Assembly: GCA_964016885.1 (NCBI GenBank)
Contig: OZ024744.1
Location: 92,566,001 to 92,630,000, forward strand
Source of the DNA: Eledone cirrhosa
Taxonomy: Eukaryota
DNA length: 64,000 bases
Direction: 5' to 3'
The notes beneath the pieces are model-generated. The model made no database searches and was not told the DNA's origin. It saw only the letters and a list, made by a program, of their open reading frames with translations. Numbering within the stretch: the first letter of the stretch is position 1; each line of letters opens with the position of its first letter. Shown one piece after another: positions 49,632-64,000 of the stretch. A program made the position numbers and the translations under genes.

Positions 49632-52304
49632 ATCATCATCATTTTACGTCCGCTCTTCCCTGCTTGCAAGGGTGGGACGGGTCTTACTCAGCACAGCATC
49701 TCTCCGCTCGTCACGGTCCTTCGTCATCTCCACCGTGAACTTCAGCGATCTGAGGTCTGTTCTCACCACCTCCGCCCATGTTTTTCGTGGTCTACCTCTA
49801 CCACGTCTTCCTTCAACTGGCATTTCCTGGTGCTTCTTCACCCATCGGTCATCCTCCATTCACATTATATGTCCATACCACCTCAGTTTCCTCTCTCGTA
49901 CACTACATTCTATCCCTCTCAGACACAGTTTCTATCTCAACACATTCATGCTGGGTCGTTCACGTACATTGACACTGCACATCCAACGGAGCATACTTGC
50001 TTCATTTCTCTCCAGCCGTCGCATATCCTCTGCAGTTGCTGCTCATGTCTCACTACCATGCAGCATTGCGCTCCTCACACAGGCATCATATAACCGGCCT
50101 TCCGTATGCAGGGAGAAACCCTTCTTCGTCAGCAGAGGAAGTAGCTCCCTAAACTTCTTCCAACCTGTCCTTATTCTAAATACTATGGCCTCGGAACACC
50201 CCCCCCCTCCCATGCTAATCTGATCTCCTAGGTACAGGAAGCTATCCACCACTTCTATAGCACCCACCTGCATTTGAAAAATGTGTCTATCAATGCGACT
50301 TCTACTGTCTAATTTCCCTGTACATCTACTGCATACATATTTCTCCCTACCCGTTAATTTGCCTGCTATCCCGCTACATCTCTTGTGTACCCAGGATCTG
50401 CATTGTGTGCATTTTATAGAATTTATGCTAGTTCCTTTTCTGCATATCGAACATGGCCATTTCCCTGATGGAATCAGAGTTTTGTCCTCTTTTCTACTCA
50501 TCAACACTTTTGTCTTAGCTAGGTTCACTCTCAGTCCTCTTGCTTCCAACTGCTGTTTCCATAGCCAGAATTTATTCTCTAGCTCCTCTACTGATTCTGC
50601 TATAAGAACCAGATCGTCAACATAGAGAAATTTCCATGGACAGCCAGTCTTAAACTCCTCTGTTATGGCTTGGAGGACTATAATGAACAAGAGCGGACTG
50701 AGGTCCGAACCTTGATTTACTTCTATCTGGAATTCCTCACTAAACTCCATTCCTACCCTGACTTTACTGACAGTACCTCTGTACAAAGTTTGCACTGTCC
50801 TCACAAGCCATTCCTCAACACCTAGTTTCCTTAGGGACCACCAGATGACAGATTGGGGTACCCTATCAAAGGCCTTCTCTAGGTCAACAAAGGATAAGTA
50901 TAGTGGCTTATTTTTCTCTAAGAACCTCTCTTGCAATTGTCTCACCAAGAAGAGGGCATCTGTTGTACTCTTTCTAGGCACAAAACCAAATTGCATCTCA
51001 TCTAGTTTGACCCTTTCTCTAATTAGTTGTGCTAATATCCTTTCTGCCACTTTCATAACCTGATCCATCAGTTTTATACCCCTATAATTGCTCCTCTCCA
51101 GAGCATCCCCTTTACCTTTGTAGCAATTTATGAGAATACTGCTGCACCAGTCTTTGGATATGACACCACCATATATAGCCTGATTGATGATGTATGCAAC
51201 CAGTTTAGTGCCTACTTCTCCTGATGCCTTCAGCATCTCAGCAACTATTTCCGATGGTCCAGAAGCCTTACCATTTTTCATTTCCTTAATCACCTCTTGG
51301 ACCCTATATTTGTCAATCTCAGTAGCTGGTCCCTCTGTCGGATCTACTGAGGGTAATTTCTCTCTCTCCCATTCGTTCTCCACATTCATCAGTCTATCAT
51401 AATGACATTTCCAGGCCTCCTTTTTCTGATCATTCGTGACACTAAGTACACTGGCATCATTCTGGACACATTTATCTCCAACAACATCCTGATTTGCATT
51501 GACACATTGCCTTGCAATGTGGAACACCGCACGCCTCTGATCTTCCCATCGCAGAACATTGGCAAACCTCCTACTCTCAGCCTCCCTGCGTGCTAAGTAC
51601 ACCTGACGTCTAGCTTCTCTCTTAGCGGCTGTATATTCTTCCCTACTCCCACCCTTTTTTCAAGCCTTCCATGCTAGTCTTTTGTCTCTAATGGCCTTAT
51701 CTACTGTGCTGTTTCACCACCAGGTAACTCTCTGTCTGGTTGGAGCTCTGCTCCTGCCACAAGTTTCATCAGTAGCCTGCAGTAAGTTGTCACGTAAGTA
51801 ATTCCAGTTATTATCTATGTCATACGTCTCTAAATCGTCTTCTTTTTCGTCATACACATCTTGAAGGGCTTTCCTAAATTTGTATTTCAGTGAAAGGTCT
51901 TTTAGCTTCCAGACGTTTCTTCTCCACACCTTCCTGTATGTCTCATTCCATCTCTTTTTTATTGAGATATCACTAACGACTAACCTATGCTATGGGGTAC
52001 ACTCTTCCCCAGGGTATGCCTTGGTATTAGACACTATCTGCCTGCCCCGCTGCCTAACTAGTAAGAAGTCAATCTGGCTTATGTGCTCGCCAGATTTGTA
52101 GGTTATTAGGTGATTGGCAGGTTTCTGGAAGTTTGTGCTGTAAATAGTCAGTGTACTTGCATCACAAAATTCAAGAAGACTCACTCCTTCTTCATTTCTT
52201 GAGCTGTAACCGTGCCCTCAATGTACCCCAGTGTAACCATCCTGGAGCTGTCCAACATGACCATTGAAGTCCTCTGCTAGCTTAACGATGTCTCCATCCT
52301 CTGT
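49632..52304 (-). mobile_element. RTE LINE, 5'-truncated inside the endonuclease, with nonsense/indel lesions
   Basis: APE end (SQIDFLLV), linker, RT (NYRGIKL, FVDLEKAFDRVP, QGSDLSPLLF, LYVDDL), PHD-like Cys cluster, LHGSET, GRPRKTW and a (GAT)n tail. Confidence 0.95.
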
Positions 52305-52709
52305 CAGACAAAATACAATATATAACAGTTTTACAAATAAGCTTTGACGTACCCTATTAAAATGCAACCATTATTTTTGGAAGCCATCCGGATAGTGAGT
52401 TGTTTATATTATTTTAATAAGTCATAGTGTTAAGGACAATTAGAAAAAGACAGAGAGAAAGAAAAATACTTGTCGAATGCTTTATATCAGTTATAAAAAT
52501 ATTTACTTGTTGTATCCCAACAATTTTAAATAGAACTTTTGCATATATATACATATATATATATGCATATATCAATAGTTACTTAAAATCGAGTATGACT
52601 TGGTGTTAGAGGAGTTTTTTTAATTATTATAGTTAAAAAATGAAACAACTTCTTCAATGATGCTTTGCTCTCTCTTGAGACTGTAGACCAAAAGTACTGA
52701 GACACAACC

Positions 52710-53120
52710 CCCACCAACATCAACACCACCATCACCACCACCATCACCACCACCACCATCACCACCACCACCATCACCACCACCATCACCACCACAATCT
52801 TCACCACCATCACCACCACCACCATCACCACCATCACCACCACCTTCACCACCACCATCTTCACCACCACCATCACCACCACCATCACCGCCACCTTCAC
52901 CACCACCATCACCACCACCACCATCACCACCACCATCACCACCACAATCTTCACCACCATCACCACCACCACCATCACCACCACCACCACCACCATCACC
53001 ACCACCACCATCATCACCATCACCACCACCACCACCACCACCACCTTCACCACCATCACCACAATCACCACCACCACAATCACCACTACCACAATCACCA
53101 CCACCATCACCATCACCACC
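52710..53120. repeat. (ACC/ATC)n-derived minisatellite
   Basis: Direct reading; the Gly/Asp and Val/Met ORFs are by-products. Confidence 0.85.
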
Positions 53121-53524
53121 AAACACACACTTACACTGAGGCAGTGACAGTGGGAGTTTGGTTCCTTTGTGTTCAGACCTGGTGTATATGTATATATTAT
53201 TAATGGTCACACTGTTCGTTCTTCTGTGAAATGTAATGTAAAATGCCATTTTCTTTCGTTCTCTCCATTTCCCGGTCCATCTCAATGCTATTCTATAATT
53301 CTGTCAGATTGTACTAAATATTATTCGCTTATTACTGTTATATGCTATTCTATAATTCTGTCATGTTGTACTAAATATTATTCGATTATTACTGTCATAT
53401 GCTTGTCCAATTATGCCCAAATTTCGAGGATTTTATTTTATTTAAACCTTCTCGCTAACTACCCCATACCCCTACCACCCGCCCCAACTCACCACCATTA
53501 TTATTATTTGAACCAATCATAAGT

Positions 53525-56500
53525 CAGCGGCCTATGCTATCACTTCTTCCGGTTGCCTTTTCGATATGATGGATGGACTAGGAAATTCTGGAGAGTCTGA
53601 AAAAAAAATCTGGACACTGAGTGACAATGCCAGAGATAAAGAAAATTCACCTCATGTTGCCGAACGAAAAGGCAAGGACTCCTCCTCTCTAATTCGGCCG
53701 CGGGTGGCCAACATAACCCCAACCCCAGCCCTTCACTCCTCACCGCGCCCCACCGTTCCCACCCACCAAACGCAATCCAAAACTTTAGAGTTGGTACCAT
53801 GAATGTAGGCACCTTAAAAGGTCGCTCTAACGAGGCTGTAGAAATGCTTGAATGTAAGGAGGTTGATGTTTGCTCTATCCAAGAGACCAGGTGGAGGGGT
53901 GGGTCTGCTAGATTCATTGTGGGTAAAAAACGATGCTATAAGCTTTTCTGGGTGGGAAATGACAATGGGCTGGGTGGGGTAGGAATCATGTTAGCAGAAA
54001 AATGGGTAGATAAGATAATAGACGTAAATAGAGTGAACGACAGAATAATTAAAATAAGACTTGTCCTAAATAGAACTACTGTGACAGTAATATCTGCGTA
54101 CGCACCCCAATCCGGACTGCCTGGCGTTATAAAAGACATATTCTATGAGACATTGATGCTCACTACCTCCCAAATAACCGACAGTGACTACATAATTATT
54201 GCTGGCGACCTAAATGGTCACGTTGGACAACATTGTGATGGCTATGACGGAATCCATGGAGGCTATGGGTTTGGTACTAGAAATGAGGAAGGCACCAGAA
54301 TCCTGGAATTCTGTGACGCAAATAACCTAACTGTCTGTAACACTAACTTAAAAAAACGAGACAATCACTTGATCACCTATAGATCAGGAGAACACGCTAG
54401 ACAGATAGATTATATCCTTACCAGAAGACGTGATAGAGTGTCTGTCGTAAACACTAATTCCCTCCCCCATGAAGAATGCACCTCCCAACATAGACTCATA
54501 GTCAGCGACCTCGTAGTCAGGACAAGACGTACTCGATAACAGAGGAAGACTATCCTCAGGAGAAAAATATGGAAGCTAAAGGACCCCACAGCCAGTAATA
54601 AATTTAAAAGCATATTACTTGATGCTTTTGACAATAAGGAAGAGCAATTAGAGTCGTACAATATAGAGGAACAGTGGGATTTCCTGAAAGCTAACCTGCT
54701 GAAGGCGGCAGATGAAGTCTGTGGCTGGAGCAGGCCTATAGGCAGGAGGAGAGTAACGCGGTGGTGGAACAGTAAGGTGGAGGAGTCAATTAAGGCCAAA
54801 AAGCAGGCTTGGAAAAAATGGCGGGATGGGGGAAGTAGAGAAGACTATCAAGTGGCTAGGAGGGAAGCTAGGAGACAAGTGTACTTCCCAAGAAAGAAAG
54901 CAGAGGAAAGAAAGTTCAAGCATGTTCTACAACGCGAGGACCAAAAATATGAGGTGTTCAGGATTGCTAGGCAATGTGTCAAGGAAAACAGTGATATTGT
55001 CGGGGAGAAGTGTGTCCTTAATGATGATGGTGTACTTGCCATCACTGACGCTGATAAGAAGGTAGCTTGGAAGTGTCACTACGAAAGGCTACTAAATGAG
55101 GAGAATAAATGGGAGAAAGACAGTCTACCCCCACATCGATCCAATAGAGGGACTAGCAGTGCTAGTTGAAGGTAGTATAATAAGTAAGGCAATCAAAGAT
55201 ATGAAGACGGGTAAGGCGGCTGGGCCTTCGGAAATAGTTGCTGAAATGCTGAAAGCATCTGGAACGGTGGGACACACTATGGTCACCCGGATAGTAAACC
55301 AAGTCATACAGAATGGGGTCGTTCCGAAGGACTGGCGTAGCAGCATCATCATTAACTGCTACAAGGGTAAAGGAGATGCCCTAGATAGGGGTAACTATAG
55401 AGGCATTAAATTAATCGACAAGGTCATGAAGGTCACAGAAAAAGTAATAGCGCGACTAATCAGAGAGCGAATTGATCTAGATGAAATGCAGTTCGGGTTT
55501 GTGTCAGGTAAAAGTACCTGACAACATTGTACGACAACTACAGAAGTACCTAGCTAAAAGTAAAGCCCTATACTTAGCTTTTGTTGACTTGGTGAAAGCT
55601 TTTGACAGAGTCCCCCGCTCCATTATCTGGTGGGCTCTTAGAAAACTAGGTGTTGATGAATGGCTTGTGAGAGCTATACAAGCCATGTATAAAGAAACAG
55701 TCAGCAAGGTTAGAATTAACAACGAATATAGTGAAGAGTTTAGCGTAAAGGTTGGTGTTCATCAGGGCTCCGTCCTTAGCCCCCTCCTATTTATTATTGC
55801 CCTTCAGGCTATAACAGAGGAGTTCAAGACTGGCTGCCCATGGGAACTCCTATACGCAGCTGATCTAACGCTCATAGCTGAATCAATGGCCGAACTAGAG
55901 AAGAAATTCCAAATATGGAAGCATGGCCTAGAATCAAAAAGCCCTTAAAATTAACCTGTCTAAGACTAAAGTTCTAGTTTGTAGGAACGAAAATAGGGCA
56001 CCAGTCCCATCTGGGAAATGGCCATGCTCAGTGTGTAGGAAAGGAGTAGGCAAAAACTCCATTTTATGTCCCACATGCAAAGTATGGGTGCATAAAAGAT
56101 GTAGTGGGATCACAGGTAAGCTAACTAAGAATATAGATATTATATGTGGCCGGTGCTCAGGTGCAATAAGTAGCAGCAAGTTCCCACAGAATACTAGCTC
56201 ATTCCATTGCACAGATGGTTCTATAGAAATAGTGGACCTCTTCCGTTACCTGGGTGACAAAATCAGCAGTGGTGGTGGGTGTTCCGAAAGTACAGTAGCT
56301 AGAGTCAGAACGGGATGGAAAAAGTTCAGAGAGCTTATACCACTATTGGCCGTTAAAGAGTTCTAACTAAAAATGAAAGGCAGGCTGTATAATGCCTGCA
56401 TACGAACAGCAATGTTACATGGCAGTGAGACCTGGGCATTGTGTGCAGAGGATATACGCAGACTGGAGAGGAACGAAGCTTGCAGGCTCCGCTGGATGTG

Positions 56501-57193
56501 TAATAGTAATATACGTGAACGGCAAAGCATAAACGAACTAAGGGAGAAATTAGGAATAAGAGGGATCAGATGCTGTTTACTCTAGAGAAGACTACGTTGG
56601 TATGGTCACATGATGCGCATGAAAGACGACAGCTGTATAACAAAGTGCAGGCGATAAAAATAGACGGTAGCCACGGAGTAGGCAGACCCAGAAAAACCTG
56701 GGACGACTTGATAAATTCCGACCTCACACACTTACACCTCTCCAAGACAATGTCACTGGACCAAGATCTTTGGCGCTACACAGTAATACAGAAGACCCGC
56801 CTTACCTAAGTACAAAGTGAAACCTACTACAGTCAGTAGGCACCTCTAACAAAAATACACCCCGGCCCCACTACACCCACCCCATCCACACCACCCCTTT
56901 CAATGTAAAGTTATGTTGGTACCACAACATCCAGTCCGAAACTAAAGAGGTCGTGTAGGTGTCACGACAAAAAAACACACACACAGTCCACGCTGTAATG
57001 TGGCCATGTAGGTAACAAGGTAAAAACCTCCCAGTTCCACACTGTAAACGTGGTTGGTGTTAGGAAGGGCATCCAGCCGTAGAAAACCCGCCGGACAGTC
57101 CTATACGAGCAAGACAACCAATCTTGCCTCAAGTGGAACAATTCCCGTCCAAACCCATGCTAGCTAACGATGATGATGATGATGATGATGATG
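53525..57193 (+). mobile_element. Near full-length RTE LINE (long 3' UTR subfamily), pseudogenised
   Basis: APE motifs FRVGTMNVGTL, IQETRW, SAYAPQ, AGDLNGHVG, QIDYIL and SQHRL; RT motifs NYRGIKL, AFVDLVKAFDRVP and HQGSVLSPLLF; PHD-like finger; GRPRKTW; stop at 56809; 3' UTR; (GAT)n tail. The 5' boundary is approximate and I found no TSD. Confidence 0.95.
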
Positions 57194-57419
57194 ATTCTCG
57201 GAGGACATTACTCACCACATAGTACTGGAGGGAATTTCTGGCCCACACAACTCCCCCCTCCCCTCCCCAACTCCCCGCCCCCCGGACCATCCCATCACCA
57301 ATGCCTTGTGGGTAATTCAGTTGGGTTTTTTTTTTTTTTTAATTATCTAAACAGCTAGATACATGGTTAATGTTGATTATTGTTAACGATGAATAGCGTC
57401 AGGGTTAATTAAATGTTTT

Positions 57420-57421
57420 GA

Positions 57422-57465
<44 letters not shown>

Positions 57466-57567
57466 GTAGACTTGGTTTTACTTATAAGCAACACACAAAC
57501 CACTTTGAAAAATATAACAACAATAATAATAATAATGATAATAATAATAATAATAATAATAATAACC

Positions 57568-57601
<34 letters not shown>

Positions 57602-57928
57602 GTCTTTATGAAATTTAATAATCATTTCTTTGCCACACTACCACCAATACTACCGCTACCACCACCACCACTAATACAACTACTACTACCACCACCACTA
57701 CCACCACTAATACCACCACTAATACCCCCCCCCCCCCCCACCACCACCACCCCCCCCCACCCCACCCCCCATTACCACCATCACCATCACTAGAAGCACC
57801 GGCAGCACTAGCAGCAGTGACACCATCATCACCAAAATAGCTGTTTAGATCAGTGAGAGAAAGAAAGAAAAAGAATGACAAAGAGAGAGAGAGAGAGAGA
57901 GGGGGGGAGAGGAAGATAGAGAAATATA

Positions 57929-57984
<56 letters not shown>

Positions 57985-58314
57985 GTAATGAGGTAAAGAG
58001 AAGGAAGGAAGAGAGGTAAAGAGTTGGGAAAAGAGAGAGAGAGAGGTAAAGAGATAGAAGAGAGAATGTTGTTTACAAACTAATAGCTGCATCAATACCA
58101 TCACTCCCACCCACACAACTACTCCCACCCCACTCCACCCCCATGCACCACACCACCATGTCTAATAACACCAGCACCACAACCACCGCCACCACCACCA
58201 CCACCAACACCACCAACAAGAACAATAATAGCAACAACAACAATGACAAAAGCAAAATACCACAAAACAACCACCACCACCGCCACTACTAACTACCAAT
58301 TGATATAACCTCCT

Positions 58315-58359
<45 letters not shown>

Positions 58360-58910
58360 CCAACGGCATCGTCACCACCCCCACCTTCAGACCTTCATCT
58401 CACCACCAATATGAATAACACCGCCACAACCAACAACAACAGCAACAATAACAATACCAGCATCACCACTGCCACAAACACCATCACCACTGCCACCATC
58501 ACCACCACCACCATCACCACCAGGACTGACACCACCACCATTATCACCACCAGTACTAAAACCACAACCACAACAACCCTTATCAACACCAATTATAACA
58601 CAATTATCACCACCACCACCACCATAGCCACCACCACTACTACAACTACCACAATCACCAATTATAACACAACTAACACCACCCTGACCACCACCACCAC
58701 TACCACCAACACCACCAACATCAATTATAACACAATTAACACCACTACCACCACAACCACCACCACCACCACCACCACCATTATCACCTCCACCACCACA
58801 ACCACCACCACCACCACAATCACTAATACACTACTACACCACAACCACCATCATCATCCCCTCCACTGCTGCCACCACCACCGCCACCACAATCGCTACC
58901 ATCAGCAATG
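57420..58910. repeat. Compound microsatellite/low-complexity tract: (GTT)n, (AAT)n, (ACC)n, (AG)n, (AAC)n
   Basis: Direct reading. Confidence 0.85.
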
Positions 58911-59269
58911 TGATGAATGAACAAAATTTATGTCATTTGTTCAACCTACAAAAAAAAAATGGTAGCAAAAATCTCCAAAATTACACCCTGCAATCTTAAA
59001 AAAAGTAGAACATATTGGATAGTGTAGTCCTGGGTACATTGTGCCAAGGAAAAAATTGGATGGTAATGGGTAGTTGTTAGGTGGCCCACTGGCCCCAGAG
59101 ATATGCTGCTTCCTCTGTCTACTTCCTCTACCATTACTACTATGGTTTCTGCTCTTTGTAGCTTGCTGATTTTATGTTATCTCAGTAATTCCCAATTCAC
59201 TGATCCCCCTTCCTATCATCAATCATGTTGTGTCTAAACCCTTCCTCAGGCTTCACACTAACCAGTACA

Positions 59270-60490
59270 TCAAGTAGCTTATGGAGCATAATGTCTCCCC
59301 TCTGGAAAACCCTCCCTGCTCATGTCTTTTCCAAAAGGAATGGTCTGGCAATAATTCCAACAGAATAACACTCATGATATGCCAAACTCTCCATTCTGCC
59401 CTGCAGTATCCATTTACCCAGTTCTTCTTGTCCAGACAGCTAGACCTCAGGCACACCTTCCTACTCTTGTTTTTTTGGGGTTTTTTTCAGAAGTAATGGT
59501 TCTTCAAAAATGTCAACATACCACCATCTATATTGTGTCTAACTCACCCTCCTGCCCTACACTAGTCACTACACCCAGTTCTTCCTCACTATAAAGTCTG
59601 CCCTTTGGAATTTCCTTCCCTACTCAAGTCATTCTAGAAGTAACATTTCCAACACAACACCACCCTTATTTGTCTAACATACCCCATATCACACATTAAC
59701 CTCTATACCCAGTCATCTTCTCTGGAACACCAGCCCGTTGGAACACCTTCCCTTCAGAAGGAATGGTCCTTCAATGATTTTAACACAACACCACCCAGAT
59801 TGTGTCAAAACCTCTCTCCTGACCTTCACTAGTCACTATATACAGTCCTTCCTCTTTATAAAGTCTGCCCTTTTGAATTCCCTTACCTTCTCATGTCATT
59901 CTAGAAGTAGTGGTTCTACAACATTTCCAACAGAATATCACCCATATTATGTTTAACAATCTCTCCTGCCCCACACTAGTCACTATACCTAGTTCTTCCT
60001 CTCCAGAATACCAGCCATTTGGAATTCCCTTTCCTGCTCATGTCATTCTAGAAGTGTTGACCCTATAACATTTACAACAAAATATTACCCATATTATGTC
60101 TAAAATACCCCATATCCCACATTAACCCAATCATCTGGAACACCAGCCCTTGGAACACCCTCCTACTCATGTATTTTTTCAGAAGGAATGTTGCTTCACC
60201 AACACAACACCACCAATATTGTGTCTAACCCTCTCTCCTGACCTTCACTAGTTACTATATACAGACCTTCCTCTCTATAAAGTCTGCCCTTTTGAATTCC
60301 CTTACTTGCTCATATCATTCTAGAAGTATTGGCCATTTAACATTTCCAAAACAACACCACCCATATTGTAGCAAACCCTCTCTCCTGCCCCACACTAGTC
60401 ACTGTATATAGTTCTTCTTCTCTATAAAGTCTGCCCCTTTGAATTCCCTTCCCTGCTCATGTCGTTCTAGAAGTAGTCACTCTATAACAA
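59270..60490. repeat. Diverged composite tandem repeat (~145-bp and ~125-bp subunits)
   Basis: CACTAGTCACT recurs at ~59560, 59828, 59973, 60246 and 60393; TCATTCTAGAAGT recurs with the same alternating ~270/~145 spacing. Confidence 0.8.
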
Positions 60491-63400
60491 TTACAACACA
60501 ATATCAACAACACCAACAACAATACCAACAAGAGTAACAAAAACAGTAACAACGATACCAACAGCAGCATCACTACCAACAACAACAATACCAACAACAC
60601 AAACAACACCAACACTAGCAACAACAACAGCAATACCAGCAACACAAACACTACCAACAACATAATACCAACAACAATACCAACAACACTAACAACACAA
60701 ACATTAGCAACAACATCACTAACAATAAAAACACTAACAAAAACAATACCAACAACAGCAACAACAATACCAACAACAAAAACACGAACAACAACAATAC
60801 CAACAACAAAAACACTAACAACAACAATACCAACAACAACAAAAACACTAACAACATCAACAACAACAATAACAACATCACTAATAACAACAACAATATC
60901 ACTAACAACAATAACAACAGTAACAATAATAGCAACAACGTCACTAACAACATCACCAACAACAATAACAACAACAGCACTAACAAAAACACTAACGGCA
61001 ACAACAATAACAACAACGCCAACAACATAAATAGCAACAACACCAACAACATAAATAGCAACAACACCAACAACATAAATAGCAACAACACCAACAACAT
61101 AGACAGCAACAACAACAACTACATAAATAGCAACAACACCAACAACATAGATAGCAACAACACCAACAACATAAACAGCAACAACAACAACTACATAAAT
61201 AGCAACAACACCAACAACACAAACAGCAACAACACCAACAACATAAACAGCAACAACACCAACAACATAAACAGCAACAACACCAACAACATAAACAGCA
61301 ACAACACCAACAACATAAATAGCAACAACACCAACAACATAAATAGCAACAACACCGACAACATAGATAGCAACAACACCAACAACAGAAATAGCAACAA
61401 CACCAACAACATAAACAGCAACAACATAAATAGCAACAACAGCAACAACATAAATAGCAACAACACCAACAACATAAATAGCAACAACACCAACAACATA
61501 AACAGCAACAACATAAATAGCAACAACACCAACAACATAAATAGCAACAACACCAACAACATAAATAGCAACAACAACAACAACATAAATAGCAACAACA
61601 CCAACAACATAAACAGCAACAACACCAACAACATAAATAGCAACAACACCAACAACATAAATAGCAACAACACCGACAACATAGATAGCAACAACACCAA
61701 CAACATAAATAGCAACAACACCAACAACATAAACAGCAACAACAACAACAACATAAACAGCAACAACACCAACAACATAAACAGCAACAACACCAACAAC
61801 ATAAATAGCAACAACACCAACAACATAAACAGCAACAACATAAATAGCAACAACAGCAACAACATAAATAGCAACAACACCAACAACATAAACAGCAACA
61901 ACACCAACAACATAAACAGCAACAACACCAACAACATAAATAGCAACAACACCAACAACATAAACAGCAACAACATAAATAGCAACAACAGCAACAACAT
62001 AAATAGCAACAACACCAACAACATAAATAGCAACAACACCAACAACATAAACAGCAACAACACCAACAACATAAATAGCAACAACACCAACAACATAAAC
62101 AGCAACAACACCAACAACACCAACAACATAAATAGCAACAACACCAACAACATAAACAGCAACAACACCAACAACATAAATAGCAACAACACCAACAACA
62201 TAAATAGCAACAACACCGACAACATAGATAGCAACAACACCAACAACATAAATAGCAACAACACCAACAACATAAACAGCAACAACAACAACAACATAAA
62301 CAGCAACAACACCAACAACATAAACAGCAACAACACCAACAACATAAATAGCAACAACACCAACAACATAAACAGCAACAACATAAATAGCAACAACACC
62401 AACAACATAAATAGCAACAACACCAACAACATAAATAGCAACAACACCAACAACACCAACAACATAAATAGCAACAACACCAACAACATAAATAGCAACA
62501 ACACCAACAACATAAATAGCAACAACACCAACAACATAAATAGCAACAACACCAACAACATAAACAGCAACAACAACAACAACAACAACTACATAAATAG
62601 CAACAACACCAACAACATAAATAGCAACAACACCAACAACATAAACAGCAACAACAACAACAACAACAACTACATAAACAGCAACAACACCAACAACATA
62701 AACAGCAACAACAACAACTACATAAATAGCAACAACACCAACAACACAAACAGCAACAACACCAACAACATAAACAGCAACAACACCAACAACATAAACA
62801 GCAACAACACCAACAATATAAACAGCAACAACACCAACAACATAAACAGCAACAACACCAACAACATAAATAGCAACAACACCAACAACATAAATAGCAA
62901 CAACAACAACAACAGAAATAGCAACAACACCAACAACATAAACAGCAACAACACCAACAACATAAATAGCAACAACACCAGCAACATAAACAGCAACAAC
63001 ACCAACAACATAAACAGCAACAACACCAACAACATAAATAGCAACAACACCAACAACATAAATAGCAACAACAACAACAACAGAAATAGCAACAACACCA
63101 ACAACATAAACAGCAACAACACCAACAACATAAACAGCAACAACACCAACAACATAAATAGCAACAACACCAACAACATAAATAGCAACAACAACAACAA
63201 CAGAAATAGCAACAACACCAACAACATAAACAGCAACAACACCAACAACATAAACAGCAACAACACCAACAACATAAACAGCAACAACACCAACAACATA
63301 AACAGCAACAACAACAACTACATAAATAGCAACAACACCAACAACATAAACAGCAACAACACCAACAACATAAACAGCAACAACACCAACAACATAAACA

Positions 63401-64000
63401 GCAACAACACCAACAACATAAATAGCAACAACACCAACAACATAAATAGCAACAACAACAACAACAGAAATAGCAACAACACCAACAACATAAACAGCAA
63501 CAACACCAACAACATAAATAGCAACAACACCAACAACATAAACAGCAACAACACCAACAACATAAATAGCAACAACACCAACAACATAAATAGCAACAAC
63601 ACCAACAACATAAATAGCAACAACACCAACAACATAAACAGCAACAACACCAACAACATAAATAGCAACAACACCAACAACATAAATAGCAACAACACCA
63701 ACAACATAAATAGCAACAACACCAACAACATAAATAGCAACAACACCAACAACATAGATAGCAACAACACCAACAACATAAACAGCAACAACACCAACAA
63801 CATAAATAGCAACAACACCAACAACATAAATAGCAACAACACCAACAGCATAAACAGCAACAACACCAACAACATAAATAGCAACAACACCAACAACATA
63901 AATAGCAACAACACCAACAACATAAATAGCAACAACACCAACAACATAAATAGCAACAACACCAACAACATAAACAGCAACAACACCAACAACATAGATA
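60490..64000. repeat. 24-bp (AAC)-derived minisatellite, AACAACACCAACAACATAAAYAGC; runs off the window edge
   Basis: Irregular (AAC)n at 60490-61010 grades into a homogeneous 24-mer. Confidence 0.95.

Noticed and set aside
50043-51602. 519-aa RT ORF as a functional or domesticated gene
   Set aside because: It is flanked by in-frame stops, the catalytic motif is altered (YVDD), there is a small deletion before QG, and the 5' end is truncated. It is an ordinary dead RTE copy.
52583-53285. Gly/Asp-rich and Val/Met-rich ORFs
   Set aside because: They are by-products of the (GGT/GAT)n minisatellite.
60651-63995. Cys-rich (CCWCCCYL) and Leu-rich ORFs resembling metallothionein, keratin-associated or membrane proteins
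   Set aside because: They are alternative frames of one 24-bp minisatellite with no unique coding flanks.

Overview
Repeat-saturated eukaryotic DNA. The SINE, RTE and microsatellite repertoire suggests a cephalopod such as Octopus, but this is an inference. I can support no intact host gene. The window contains: a disrupted L1/Tx1-like LINE (1-5.8 kb, minus); several decayed RTE-clade LINEs, including a near full-length plus copy at 53.5-57.2 kb and a 5'-truncated minus copy at 49.6-52.3 kb; two tRNA-derived SINE families; a TTAA/piggyBac-like MITE; and long trinucleotide-derived minisatellites. Three observations stand out. (i) A ~22 kb, ~290-unit satellite is built from a 75-bp slice of the RTE ORF C-terminus (the RGRPRKTW motif). 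Its unit is exactly delimited by a TCACC microhomology in the parent LINE, and it has ~4.2 kb higher-order repeats. (ii) A second, 48-bp satellite derives from the RTE/SINE 3' tail. (iii) Penelope-type minimal hammerhead ribozyme motifs cluster at 13.7-16.8 kb, including two back-to-back hammerheads with a giant (~95-115 nt) stem II inside a ~395-bp palindrome. Most long ORFs in the track are by-products of repeats.
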